From Paragordius varius (Eukaryota; Animalia; Nematomorpha): a DNA stretch of 64,000 bases. A model generated the notes under the pieces. The model ran no database searches and was not told the origin of the DNA. It was given only the letters and a program-made list of their open reading frames with translations. Of this stretch, positions 39,324 to 51,961 are shown in pieces; the first letter of the stretch is position 1, and the number at the start of each line of letters is the position of its first letter. The DNA is taken from positions 1,178,001 to 1,242,000 of the forward strand of contig OZ176059.1 of the NCBI GenBank assembly GCA_964247055.1. Direction: 5' to 3'. A program made the position numbers and the translations under genes.

Positions 39324-39875
39324 ACATTAAAAATTAATTACAAGAGGATTTGCTATTCATTATATAATTATGATTTTCAAAAAATAATTAGGGTAAAAAA
39401 TTAACGCTTTCTTTCCTTTTAAATATGTTTATTTGGGGTAATGTTGTCCTGCAGCTTTTAACTTGGTACATTATAAAAAAAATATTACTTAATACATGTC
39501 TATTTAAGAAATATTTACTTTTGCAATATCTAGGAAGTTGGCCATAAAAAAACTAACTAATTTTAAATTCATCAATCAAATAATTGCTGTCAAAATTTTG
39601 CCAAAAACTTTTAAAATTAATTAATTATATATTTTATGTTTTTACAAGTGATTTCTGAACATTAAAAAATTGGCGCTTAAAGTCTGAAAAAAAATATATT
39701 TTACAGTCTCTAAAAAAATATTTTTAAAATTGCCCTAAGGCCATAGAATTCATATTATTTACCAAATATCATAATATTAATTTTTTAATTTAAAATTGGC
39801 ACTTGGCTAAAAAACCGAAAGGTATTGAAAATGTTAATTAAAATTTTTTAATAACAAAAAACATTTTATTATGGA

Positions 39876-40399
39876 CTAGAGTAAATGTCGTGCTGCTACG
39901 CAGCCCGAGGAAGTCCTTCGGACTTCTGGGGGGAGGGCTATTTGAAATAAGGGACAATAAAATGATCCAAATATGTGGATTATTTCGAAATATTATTTAA
40001 TAGATATGATTTTATAGGAATTTTAAAACGGATCATTCATACTAATATATTGTTTAATTGGAGGAAAAATAGATTTAAAAAATTATTTATGTGGACTTTT
40101 TTTTAAAAAATGGCATTTTGGGGGGGAACGGTTAAAAAGAGGGACTAAATCAAAAAAGCGAGACGACTATGTTCGGCGCAATCGAAAATAAGTAAACAAA
40201 AATTATATTTGAAATTGAATGGTCCAACACGTTATCCGGAAAATTGTCTCAAAGACACGATTTTTGTGGACTTCTGTTTTCAATAAAAACCCGTTTTTCA
40301 CATGGGGTGGGCCCGAACTGGGGGCCTATTTCAAAAAAAGGGCGAAGCTATTGTCGGTTAATTAAAATTTTTTAATAACAAAAAACATTTTATTATGGA
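39876..40399 (-). mobile_element. Non-autonomous Helitron-like element (524 bp)
   Basis: On the minus strand it starts TC after an A and ends CTAG before a T. Two GC-rich hairpins lie near the 3' end: GCTGC-TAC-GCAGC (39892-39904) and GAAGTCC-TTC-GGACTTC (39910-39926). No TIRs. Confidence 0.7.
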
Positions 40400-40611
40400 T
40401 TAAGGTGAATCAGTTTTTGGAATAATATGATGTAACATCAGCAAAATTAATAATAAATTTATCAATGTTTTTCGTTTTCATCTAACTTTTTAGGATCAAC
40501 ACAAAAATAAAATTAAAATAAAGATGAAAATTAAAATTATGAAATAATTTATAAAAATAAAGATGTATATTTATGAAAAATTCCGTTTATAACCTTTTAA
40601 AGTAGTTATTT

Positions 40612-41277
40612 TATCCCAGAGCACTTTCATATTAAATTCACAAAAATTATTTCTCATATTGGTAAATTAGAAATTTAATGTTAAATGACTTGGCAGATAT
40701 TTTACTAGATCACTAAAAATGATGTATGCATAATTATTCTGCTAAAAATATATATTCTGAAATAAATATATCAGAATCCCATGGTGCTTTTGGTTTTGAG
40801 CCTTGCGTGCGAAATAACACATGTTGACACTTTTGTGTTATCACTCCCTTATTTTAGGGTATAAATATCTTAAAATGTATTTAAGGTATTAGATATATAA
40901 ATATGCTTTTATTAGTCTTTTAGACCCATGATACTAATTTTTAATTTCAAATGTAAAATTGTAAAATAATCCTCATCTCAACCTCCATTTTTTTCCATAT
41001 TTATTTTTAATCTTTAATACAACAGGCAAATGAATGTATATTATGTTTATATGAAAATAATTAACTTTAACAAGCTTTCCTGCTATAGTTTACCATCAAA
41101 AACTTGTTATATATTCATTCAGTGGTTTTTTCAGTTTTAGAGCTGTCTTTTTGGCTCTAGAAACTAAACTGGAAAAATTTAAGCTTTTTCTAATACATGA
41201 AATCAATGTTTGATAATTAAATTTTAACTGAAATAATTTTCAAAAATCTAGTTTATTTACGAAAGTGCTCTGGGATA
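40612..41277. mobile_element. Inverted-repeat element; its internal part resembles about 54045-54270
   Basis: Perfect 17-bp inverted pair TATCCCAGAGCACTTTC (40612-40628) / GAAAGTGCTCTGGGATA (41261-41277). The block AATCCTCATCTCAA..AATTAACTTTAA..CTAGAA recurs in diverged form near 54.1 kb. Confidence 0.5.
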
Positions 41278-44200
41278 TAAAACTATCCCAAAAAGTAGGC
41301 TAGGAAAAAAAATGGAAAAGGAATCAATTGAACTGCTCTATAAAGGAAAATGGCAAAATTTGATCAAATTTTGTTAAATATTTTTTGGTTTACACCTTGA
41401 TTAAAATTGAGGTAAGTGACCTCGGACCATTTATAGAAAAACTACTGAAATGGAAGGTTTTGGTTTGAATGTATGCTTCTATTTTAATAAAATATATAAA
41501 TAACACAGCGTAAGCAAAAAAATATCTTAAGGAAATATTCTGATAAGAAAATGTATCAGGATTATCATGTTGCTTTTATTTTTTGCCCTTAGGCGTTAAT
41601 TTAACATTTTATAGCTTTTGTAGAATCTGCTCCAGACCATAAAATAGTGAATCTGTAATAAAGTTATATTTAACAAAATTTTTAAAACGAACGAATGAAA
41701 ATCAAAGGGTGGGATAAAAAAAGCTGCAATTTACTGCAAGTCAGGCGTGAAGTTGAGCAAGTTTAGCTAAGCTACTATGTGTACACTTAAAAGATCGGTG
41801 ACAAAATACTTAAGGCCTGTCTTTTGCTTATGACTGTATTTTTTGACACCCAATTCGAATTTTATGAAAAACAACCAATACAATAATATGCATTTATTAA
41901 AGTTTTTCAAACTCAATGGCACGTGTGTTAATTATGATATTACATATATATTTTTAAATTTTTAAGTTGATGAAACCAACCATTTGCCCTTGCAACACTT
42001 ATCTATTATTTTACCTTTAGCATATTATTTTATGATGTAATACAAAATAATTAAGGGTTATTTTCTAATTATTTATTCCAACTACCCCAGAATTATCATG
42101 AAATAGTTATTTTATATTTTGCGCTATTTTTCAATCGAGAAATTATGTGCCCCGCGTCCACCACGAATTCCAGGTGAATATCTCTCTAAACTGATTACAT
42201 TTTGCTACTCATTCTGTTGGAAGCCCTTTTGCAAATAATGGGTTGTTGATTATTTATAACAACTAATTATCATTTTTAATTAATTAACATTACAATTGAA
42301 ATTAATATATAATAAAAAAACTCTTTATAATTTTTTATATGAATCAACCATTAGCGTTTGACAATTCTACAAGATTATTTATTTAATTAGAAGAAAAATT
42401 GCTTCATGACTTTTAAGATTATTTAATCAATTAAATTTTAAAGGGATAGTTAATTCATCAAGTTAGAAAATAGTAAATTTAAGATATACCTTCATCAGTT
42501 AATTGACTCATGAAAGACATAGTGAATTTAATTAACATCATATTAAAAATATATTTTTTTGTTATTAAACAAGGGAAGAAATTTAAGTAAAGATTAAAAT
42601 TATACGAACAAAGAATAAAAATATAAAGACAAATATTTTTATCTAAAAGACAATCATTTTTAAAACCTTTATTCTCATCTAAGCTACTTAGTACAATTGT
42701 AAAATATGGAATTCATAGTGTTAGTAATATATATCTCTATTTCACATTTTGCCATAAAAAACAATGAGAAATCAGGAGGTAAAAAGTATGGTTGTCATTT
42801 AGCAAAAAATATTTGTCTTTATATTTTTACATTTTGTCCGTATGATTTCAGTTTTTACTGTCATTTTTATTTCGTTATGTGTTGTTACAATTAAAATAAA
42901 TTATTTTTATTTTTAAACGAATTTGCAAATAAATTTTCATATTTGTACGGTTATTATATATCAATTTTTCCTTATTGATAAAATTAACAATAATCACACA
43001 TTAATACCCAAAAAATCTTTATATTTTTGTGGGATAATTAAAATACAATCAAAATATATCTGTCTTTTTTGTAAAACGTCTGATTAACAGGTTAATGATT
43101 CCTACAGATATGTTTTAGCTACTTAATTGTGTGTTTGCATAATGGTGTAAAATCTATTTTAAGTATAGTATGTGTTTTTTTTTAAACTAATATTGCACAG
43201 CGTTTACAACTTATAGATTAAAAGTTGTCTCAATATAGCTTTTTTTGTTCCGATTTCCTCCACACATAGCTTCAAACAACACATTCTAAATAAAAATGAT
43301 AATGAAAATATACCAATATATCATAATTCTTAAATGTTGAGGTATTAAATCATATTCAGAATATTTTATATGCAAGTTACACTGCTAATTTTATTATTGC
43401 CAGTTAGCATTTACAGCAAAGAGCTATGTGATTGGCTTAAATTTGGTATAGAAATATATAATTTTTTGCTTATACTACTTTAAAGCCAATATTGCTCTGT
43501 AATATAAAAATCCTGTTGCAACAAAAGATGAAAAACTAGTAATTTATAGCTAACATTGTATTTTAGCGAATTGTGCGCACATTATACCTAAATTTTTGGC
43601 TGAATGCATTTTTATTCATAATTATTTTTGTATGTGCATACCGAAATTCAATTTTATCGTGCGTGCCTGTGACTTAGTCAACACGCTTATCAATAAATTT
43701 ATAATTATTAACACTATAGAAAATAAATATTGTTTTAGGCTGGAGACGTTTTACATAAGTTCGAGTGGGCTTATTTTAAAACGTTTTGAGATAGTAGTGA
43801 TATCCTTCATAGATTATAACCTAGGATTATTATTCAGATAATCTCATACAATTTCCAATATCTATAAGCAACTTGTATTTAACAGGGTGGAACCCTAATC
43901 ATTGTTTATTTAAAGCTTCCAACTAATTTAACCTTTAAACACACAAAGGCCCTAACCAAAAGGTAAATTACACAGCGCTCACAAAAAATATTCTGATAAA
44001 ATATGTAAAATTATATTAATATATTTTGATTTTTAGATCTGGGCTCCGAAAGTCTCAAATTTTTACCCGTAAAAAACTGGCCTAGTTCTCTTAAAATAAA
44101 CACCGAAAGGCTGAAATTTAATTTAAGTATTCGTTCATCTTAAAATCTATGTTAAATTAAAATTATTTTTTTAAAAAATTGACCCAAATTAAAGAGCAGA

Positions 44201-44289
44201 ACTTTAAATTAAATTTATGAGGTGATAAAAACGTACAATTTTATATTTTTGCATCATTTCTAATATTATGTAGTATGTATTTTGATAGT

Positions 44290-44620
44290 AGAGGTCGATA
44301 TTTCCAAATATTTCCATAGATTCAAGTTTTAGAGTTCTGCCAAGAGTGCATAGGTTTCTTTTAAAATATCGTCCATCCAAATATTGTTCTTTGGTTCTTA
44401 CGAGTACCCTAAACCTTTCCCATCAAGGACTTTTGCAATTTAGATCTCATAATGTGCCAAAGTAGGATAATTTGGTGCGGATGGACATTCCAAGCGATAT
44501 TATATCGGGATTGATTTTATATTCTTAGGTATGTCCGTACATTGTGTTTTTATAAAATTTCCAACCAGAGTTTAAAAATTTTATCCATTCATCGGATTCA
44601 TGGGGTCCAACTTCACATCC
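44290..44620 (-). pseudogene. Decayed RTE-type 3' ORF fragment
   Basis: Frameshifted minus-strand translation GCEV.. KLSYFG(H)IMRSKLQKSLMGKV*GTR.. (W)MDDI resembles the RTE C-terminus (YGCETW, KLKYFGHIMR, WMDDI). Confidence 0.45.
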
Positions 44621-45940
44621 GTTAAAAAAATAGAAAAATGATTCCATTAACACAAATTTCAAGCTGAAAGTATGCTTTATATTTCATAGATTAAATTCTT
44701 AAGTAAAACATTCAATATATCAAAAATTTTCCGAAAGCGCCATCTCGGCTTTTCCGTCATTATTTTAAGACACCCCATTTTAGAGGGATCTAAAAGACTT
44801 TTGGAGCTCTTCCCTAAAATTTCAATTATAAAAATATTGTTGCTTATTATATGTAGTTTATATTATTACTAATATCTCAAATGAGATATTCAGGTTTTAC
44901 CAATTATAAACTAATAAATCTCAGAAAGTTTGTCCTTTTCTGATATGGGGGAGTTATCAAAAAAGTGATAACTTTCTAATCTTTATAATAAGAAGCACCA
45001 TAAGAATCGTGGGCGTTTAACATATATATTTATTTTAGTTGTGAATAATATGTTTATCAATATTGTATTTCATCAGGATATTTTTTATATGCAGTGTGTT
45101 AATTGCAAGATCTTAATTTAAAGCCGTTAAAAACCACGCTACCAATTGTTTGATTTAGATCGCCTAAATTTATTTTAGAACCCTTATCACATGACACTCG
45201 TTATATTATTATAAACCATCTTAAAATCGTATAGGCCCATTAAAAACAGTATGAATGCGTTGGGTTTTGCAAAATATACAAATTATCATAATTATTTGCA
45301 AAAGCTTTAACATTATTGCATAAGTAATATATATGAAGAGCAGGCACAAGGATAAAATTTTATATGGTTCAAAAAATATTATGTTCCCTAATATTTGTTC
45401 TTATTTTTTTAAAATCTTTCCATTATTTTAGCACGTGAAAAGTAGCAAGATATATTGCAAATTAAATAATATTATTTAACCATATTTAAAATTTTTAAAA
45501 ATTTAGGATGATCAATATTTTTATTAATTTAATTATTTGAAGATTCAATATTTTATTTTTTAAAATGAATTTGCGTTCATTTTGAATCATATTCACAATC
45601 TCTACCATCTGTTTACCTTCTGTTGCGCTCAACTGTTTTCAATATGGAAAACATCGTAAAGCACTTCTAATAGTCCGCCAAACCCTGGAAAACACATTTA
45701 TAGCTCTCGATTCAAATATTAACACCTATATATTGAATATTTTACTTGTAAATACTAAATAATTTTATAAATTTTTGTTTTCCACATTTTGCCGCCATAT
45801 TGAATTTTTACGAGGGTTATATAAATATTCTTTGGACGGATAAAACACAAGGTATTTATTTAATATACATATAAAAAATATATATATTTAAAGTTTTGTG
45901 TTTAATACGTAATTTATTTTCTTAGATTTGTTGGAAGTCT

Positions 45941-48900
45941 ATGGACAAATTGGTTATAAAAGGTATTCCCACTAACTCCTTAACTTCTCCCCAAAATTCA
46001 AGCGGTGCTGGAATGAACGATACATTTGGCTCTGTTCAATCGGCTACTAATGGCTCATTTGACATGGATATATATTCGTAATATATATATATAAATATAT
46101 CCATATTTTTATTTGAATGGCACTTTAAATCTAATCGCGTCCTTTTATATCGCCTTTTCAAAAAAATATTATCATTCTTTCTAGGTGTCATTTATTGGGT
46201 ATATCTTTTGTTGCCTATTTTTTTCTTAAAATACTTTATAAAATTAAGTTGTTATAAGCCTAATTTTTCGATTTGAGGGTGGGTTTATTAATTTTCCTTA
46301 ATGAAAATCCTTTATATATATATATATATATATATATATGCTAATATGTTTAGTTCTAAAACGTCGGACGATTTATTTGGGGCTGGTCGATACCAATTAG
46401 AGCGTGAAAAGCGTTTAAGGCGTGAAATTGCAAACAGTAATGAACGGAGACGGATGCAAAGCATTAATGCTGGCTTTAACAATCTCCGTAACCTAATACC
46501 CACAAGGCACAAAGAAAAAATGTCAAAGGTTTGATATATTTACTTATGCCATTAGTAAACTGCCATATTTTTGGGTAATCTTATAATTTGTTATAAACTG
46601 TATATTTTCAGTAAAATATTTAATTTTTTTCTCCATTAACCAATTAATAGTCCCACTAATAATATACAGTAGGATTATAAATGATTAACAAAAAAATGAA
46701 ATAAATGAATATCTAAATAAAATGATTAGCACATGTTTAATAAATATATCAAATGTGTAAGTAGATACAATAAAAAGGATTCCTCATGGGTCGTATATGG
46801 TGTATTTATTACATTTTTTTTTATCACGTGCTAATCATTTTTTCATTTGGATATTCATTTGTTTTTTCGTGATAATTATTTAATAATCTTACCGTAAATT
46901 TTTGCTGCATTTTTTTAAATTATTTGTAATTCTATTTTTCCATATTTATATTAAAAACTGTATTAACCATACAAAATTCAAAAAAATGTAACAATTTGCG
47001 TTCTAATATCTTATATAGTTTATTTTTATAGAATATAACGTAAATCCATTCCTTTTATTATATTATGATTTTAGGCTTCAATCCTTCAACAAACAGCTGA
47101 TTACATCCGATTCCTTGAGGAGGAAAAAAGTATCTTGATTAAGCGTAACAATCAACTGGAGAGTTTTATCAAGAGTTTGAATCAAACAACTAATACAGCA
47201 GCTGGGACCACAACGCTTAGTGTTAATCAGGTGGCCGCTACTCAGCTGTTGAGCGGTGTTAGCGGTAACGCTAATAATGCTAACAATAATAACACAGCTA
47301 ATAATAACGGAGTTGGAACCAGTAATTTAGCGGCCGGAAACCAGCAGCAACAGTTAACTATACAACAAGGACAAGGAAGTGTAGGTTCCACTGGAGCTGC
47401 TACTATACAATTTTTACGGTATAAACTAGGGGAAAGTTTTATTCTTTGCTTTTTGTTACTATATCTATGGGGAGGGAGGGTGTAAGGGTCAGTTTTGTTT
47501 GTGGTTGGTGTAGAATAATTTAGAATGGACATTTTACTGTCTTGAACAGCGGTATCAACACAAATGGTCGAACCGCAGTTTTGGATCATTGACAGGCCGC
47601 ATTTGCAAAATACATGGCTATTAACAAATGTTTTATTAACATAAGACTGTATATAGCAATTTTTGCTATAGTTTATTGCCAAATTTTGGAAAGACTTTTT
47701 CAGAAACTTTATATGATATAATTAATTATCCTTAGGCTTTGTAAATTTTTTAATTAAAATTTCTAACGGGAGCAAAGATATTTCGGAGTGTCGCATGTTG
47801 GACATCCCTGGTTTAGAGATATTGTTTTTTTGGTCTTTTATTTTCCAATTCTTCCAATTAATTCAACAGTTAACCACTCTTGCCATACAAAAATATTATA
47901 TAATGTTTATAAATCAAAGAGTTATATACATATTTAAAATTTATTCGCTTTATCTTGCATTAGATCAAATTCAACACCTCAACAGATAATAATTAAATCG
48001 GCACACGGGGCACCCCTTACCGGCCAACAAATCATGAAAATAATTCCAGCTCAAAGAGGTTTTTTAAAAAATTATTATAAAAAGTACCCTCATTTATTAT
48101 GAAACATGGTTTGCAAAGTTAACACGTTTGTGCTCGTCTAAAACTTAAAATTAAGTTTTTAATTTCAGAGCTAAATATACTTAAAAGGTTCTGATTTTAA
48201 GCTTATGTTCAAATATATTTTATTAACATATAACAGCGAATAATTTGACACCTGGGATAAAGAACGCTGCTGTAATACGCACGGGCGCTACCATAGGCAC
48301 CGTGAATAATGCCGCTATAACCCCTACCTCATTATTAACATCTACAACTAACGGTATATAATTTTTCTTTTTTTTGGTATATATTTTTGTTGGATTATTG
48401 CGAAAATTTTATAACTTGTATAAATTGCTATATACTATGTATATTCATATTGTTTTAAAACCATTTATAATTAATTAATGGTATTTTTTTGTTTAGCATA
48501 AACTAAAACATAATTCCCTATGAAAATATGTTTGTAAAAACAAAACATAAAAAGTCATCACTATGAAAAATATAAACCACAAATATTTTGATATATATAT
48601 ATATATATAAATATATATATACCATTTACAGTTCAAATTCACCCTCGAACAATTCAAATTCACCCTAAAAATAAATGTGTTTTCGAATTAATATAACTCA
48701 ATACTAATACGAAATATATGTTTCTGGTATAGGTTATTATATTTTCAGTATTATTAAAAAGCATATATTTTATTTGAGGCTAAATTTGAATTGTTCGAGG
48801 GTGAATTTGAATTGTAAATCGTATATATATATATATATTATATATAATATATGCAGGTGGAACAAACGTTGTTGATGATGGCACTACGCAGGGCTCCAAT

Positions 48901-51900
48901 TCAACCCAACAACTCAAGAAACGCATAAAAATGTTGAATGGACCCGTGTATCGTAACTTTGCACCCCAACCCGTTACGTTGGTTAGTAGTGGCGGGACCG
49001 CTAATAACCCAAACCAACAAACCTCACCATCATCCTTGGCTACGGGTGGACATCAGCTGTTGACGGAGATTCAAGAGGGCGTTACAGATGATCATCAACA
49101 ACAACAACAACATCAACAAACTTTCCAACAGTTATCTCAAACGCCGGCACAGGCACAACAAAATCAGCAAGCATCATCGCTTATTATGACAGCAGCTGGA
49201 AATTTGCGTAATAAATACTTAATTTGTTTTTAGGCTGACAACTTTTGTTAGTATAAAGTTTTTTGTCATTTGCACTTTTTTATGAGATGTAATAAAAAAG
49301 GATATAATGGGGCCTTTTTCTGCATACCCCGTAAAAGGTGATATTTTTCTGTTGATAATGGGATTAATTTTATTCATTATTATTTAATGAACAGTTTGTC
49401 TATATAATATTGTATTTGGCTGTCTGTTATTTAAAAAATCTGGGATCCTAAACATTGTTTATACTTTGTATGCAATTCTAACCATAATAAAATAAATAGT
49501 TCCAATATGTATTGTCCAGAGAAATTTATATTTGTTACTAAGTTTGTATTTATAAAATTATATTTTCTAAGTCACTGATTATATTACACTATAATTTAGT
49601 AAATGGTACTTCGAATAATCAAACCATTTTGATTGGAAATAATAGTGGTTCTACTGTTGGCTCAGCCAATCTAGCCACAGCCTCTACATCATCGGTCTCA
49701 CCTAATGTCATTGTTTTAAAGTAATTTGTCTTTTTATACATTTTTATTTTAAAAACTTTTTAGCATACATTTGAAACTCTGTAGGTGGAATCAGAGCATT
49801 TAACACATTTTTTGTATATTATTTTATTTAATATATATAGATCTTGATATTTTACATACTTTGAATCGTTAAACATTAAAATATTCCAGATACTGTACTG
49901 TAAGTTAAAACCATTATTTTAAATGTGTCTCAACTATTTTGGTCAATTTTAAAATTGATAAATATCTAAAACTTTTAGAAATTCACTTTCACTTCCAACG
50001 ACACCCCTCGCTTTGGCCACTTCAACGGGTACGAGCCCGGCCGGTCTGACCGCCATACGTTTGATTGCGAGTCAGCTGACTCCTGGATTATCCGCTAATA
50101 ACGCTGCTCTGTCATCAGCTGGCGGTGGTGCATCAGCTGTTTTGTCGCCAACAGCTAATAACGGTAATGGTAATGTGGTTATAATGAATAGCGGTGATAA
50201 TTCCACATCAGCTGGTGTTTCCATCGTTAATACAAGTGATGGAGCGGCCATAACTGTTAACAGTACAGGGGGTTTGCACAATTTTAATTTTTTATAAAAT
50301 GAAATTTTATTAGTTCTAAATAAACTTCAATTTTTTTTTTATAATATAAAAATATCTTTTAAGATTTTGAATATTATGTTGAGACTGTATCCTAATTGAA
50401 TAGTGTTAAAAATATTTGATTAAAAGTTGTAAAGTATCTTATCTCTAGTCCTTAAAATTATTATTTTATAATATTGTCAAGTGTAATAAATAATTTGATT
50501 GACAAAATTTCAAACAATTATAGTTAAGTCACACAGATAACTGATTTCAATTTAATTTTTTGATTATATGTAATTTTTAAATTTATCCATTATTATAATA
50601 GATGAGGGAAGGCGCAACTTACAAACCATTGTTGAAGCCATAAAGCATTTGGAAGGCGATTCTTTATATTCCATTATGTCAACTTCAAGTATGCTTATTA
50701 ATTTATACCGGGGGTGTCCAACATAAATGGCTTCGCGGGCCGCATTTTAGTCTTAATTCAGCGGGCTGCGGCTATAATTATATGAACAATTATAATTATT
50801 TATTAAATTTCATGTATCTGAATGCAAAACTCTCTGTTCTTTAGTTATTTCTAATAGGATGGATTTTTTACAAATTTGAATAAAAATATCAATTTTATTT
50901 TGTGGGCTTATTTGTAAAAATTAAATTTCTATTTTTTTGCGGGTTGCTTGGTGGCCACCTCAGATCTTATGTACAAAAATTTAAAATTACAGTGGTATAT
51001 GTGGTTATATATTTGATAAGCACTTTGCATATATTTTTATTAAAAAATTGTAGATCAAAATAGTAACATGATTGTTGGTTCTTCGACTGATTCCCAATCT
51101 CAGCAAACACTCCTTTCGGGTACTATTTTTGGCTAATTTATATGAATTTTTAATTAATTATAGAAACTCATGTATTATTTGTATACGGCATCGAAAATTT
51201 TTGGTATCTTGTTGAATTTTGCGATATTCTTTTTTGCCTCTATAGTTATAAATACATATATACTGCTTAAAATTTACTCTACTCAATTTTTTGATTGTTC
51301 AAATCAAGAAAAACTTTGTTAGTCAATAGTTTTTTTGTCCTATGTCTGATGTTTTTTTCTTGTTTAGATGTAAATAATAATGGGACAACAAACATTACTG
51401 ATATCCTTACATCTGCGCTCAAGGGTAGCGATGTATCAGCCGCCCTGAACGACGGTACATTAGAGGAACACCACACCATTGTGACGACCAATAAAATTGT
51501 GTCACATGCTATTGAATCACATGGTGACAATGGTATGCTAAATAATGGAACAGCCACTGGTGATGGACAGAATCAAGATATGATAACAACCACTGATCTT
51601 AACATTAAGGTAATAAGATTGATTGACTGATAGATGGATAGAGAATAAATGTTGAAATATATGAATTAATTGAAAATTGAAAATATGTTTAGTAAAAAAG
51701 ATTGAATTGTAAATTTTCGTTTACTTTTTATATAAGAATCTTAAAATTAGTAGTACTGTAAATTCAAAGTAAATTGTTTTACAAAACATAAATATTATCC
51801 ATATTTGTATATAGATTGAAACAACCACTGAAATGGATACCACGACAACCAGTACGGAAGATATTCTGTCTGCTATTGCTATGGCAACCGATGAGAATAA

Positions 51901-51961
51901 GAAGGGACTTGTTGATGCAAATAACATGATTACAACGGAATCTAAGTTTGGTTTAGCTTGA
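45941..51961 (+). CDS. TFAP4: bHLH-ZIP transcription factor AP-4 (TFAP4/cropped), 12 coding exons, about 724 aa
   Basis: Exons: 45941-46077, 46354-46528, 47075-47418, 47964-48058, 48237-48353, 48857-49207, 49600-49720, 49979-50271, 50602-50688, 51054-51119, 51368-51609, 51815-51961 (2175 nt, all phases match). The bHLH reads EREKRLRREIANSNERRRMQSINAGFNNLRNLIP..EKMSK|ASILQQTADYIRFLEEEK. The AP-4-specific C-terminal motif RNLQTIVEAIKHLEG lies at about 50612-50656. An acceptor at 45925 suggests a further upstream exon, so the start is uncertain. Confidence 0.9.
46667..46894. mobile_element. Degenerate TA|CAGTAGGATTAT MITE in TFAP4 intron 2
   Basis: Imperfect long inverted arms (e.g. TGAATATCTAAAT..AAATGATTAGCAC vs GTGCTAATCATTT..TTTGGATATTCA), flanked by TA. 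Confidence 0.55.
48618..48825. mobile_element. MITE family A copy 3 (208 bp), inserted in (TA)n in a TFAP4 intron
   Basis: TATACCATTTACAGTTCAAATTCACCCTCGAAC ... GTTCGAGGGTGAATTTGAATTGTAAATCGTATA, with TA repeats on both sides. Confidence 0.8.
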
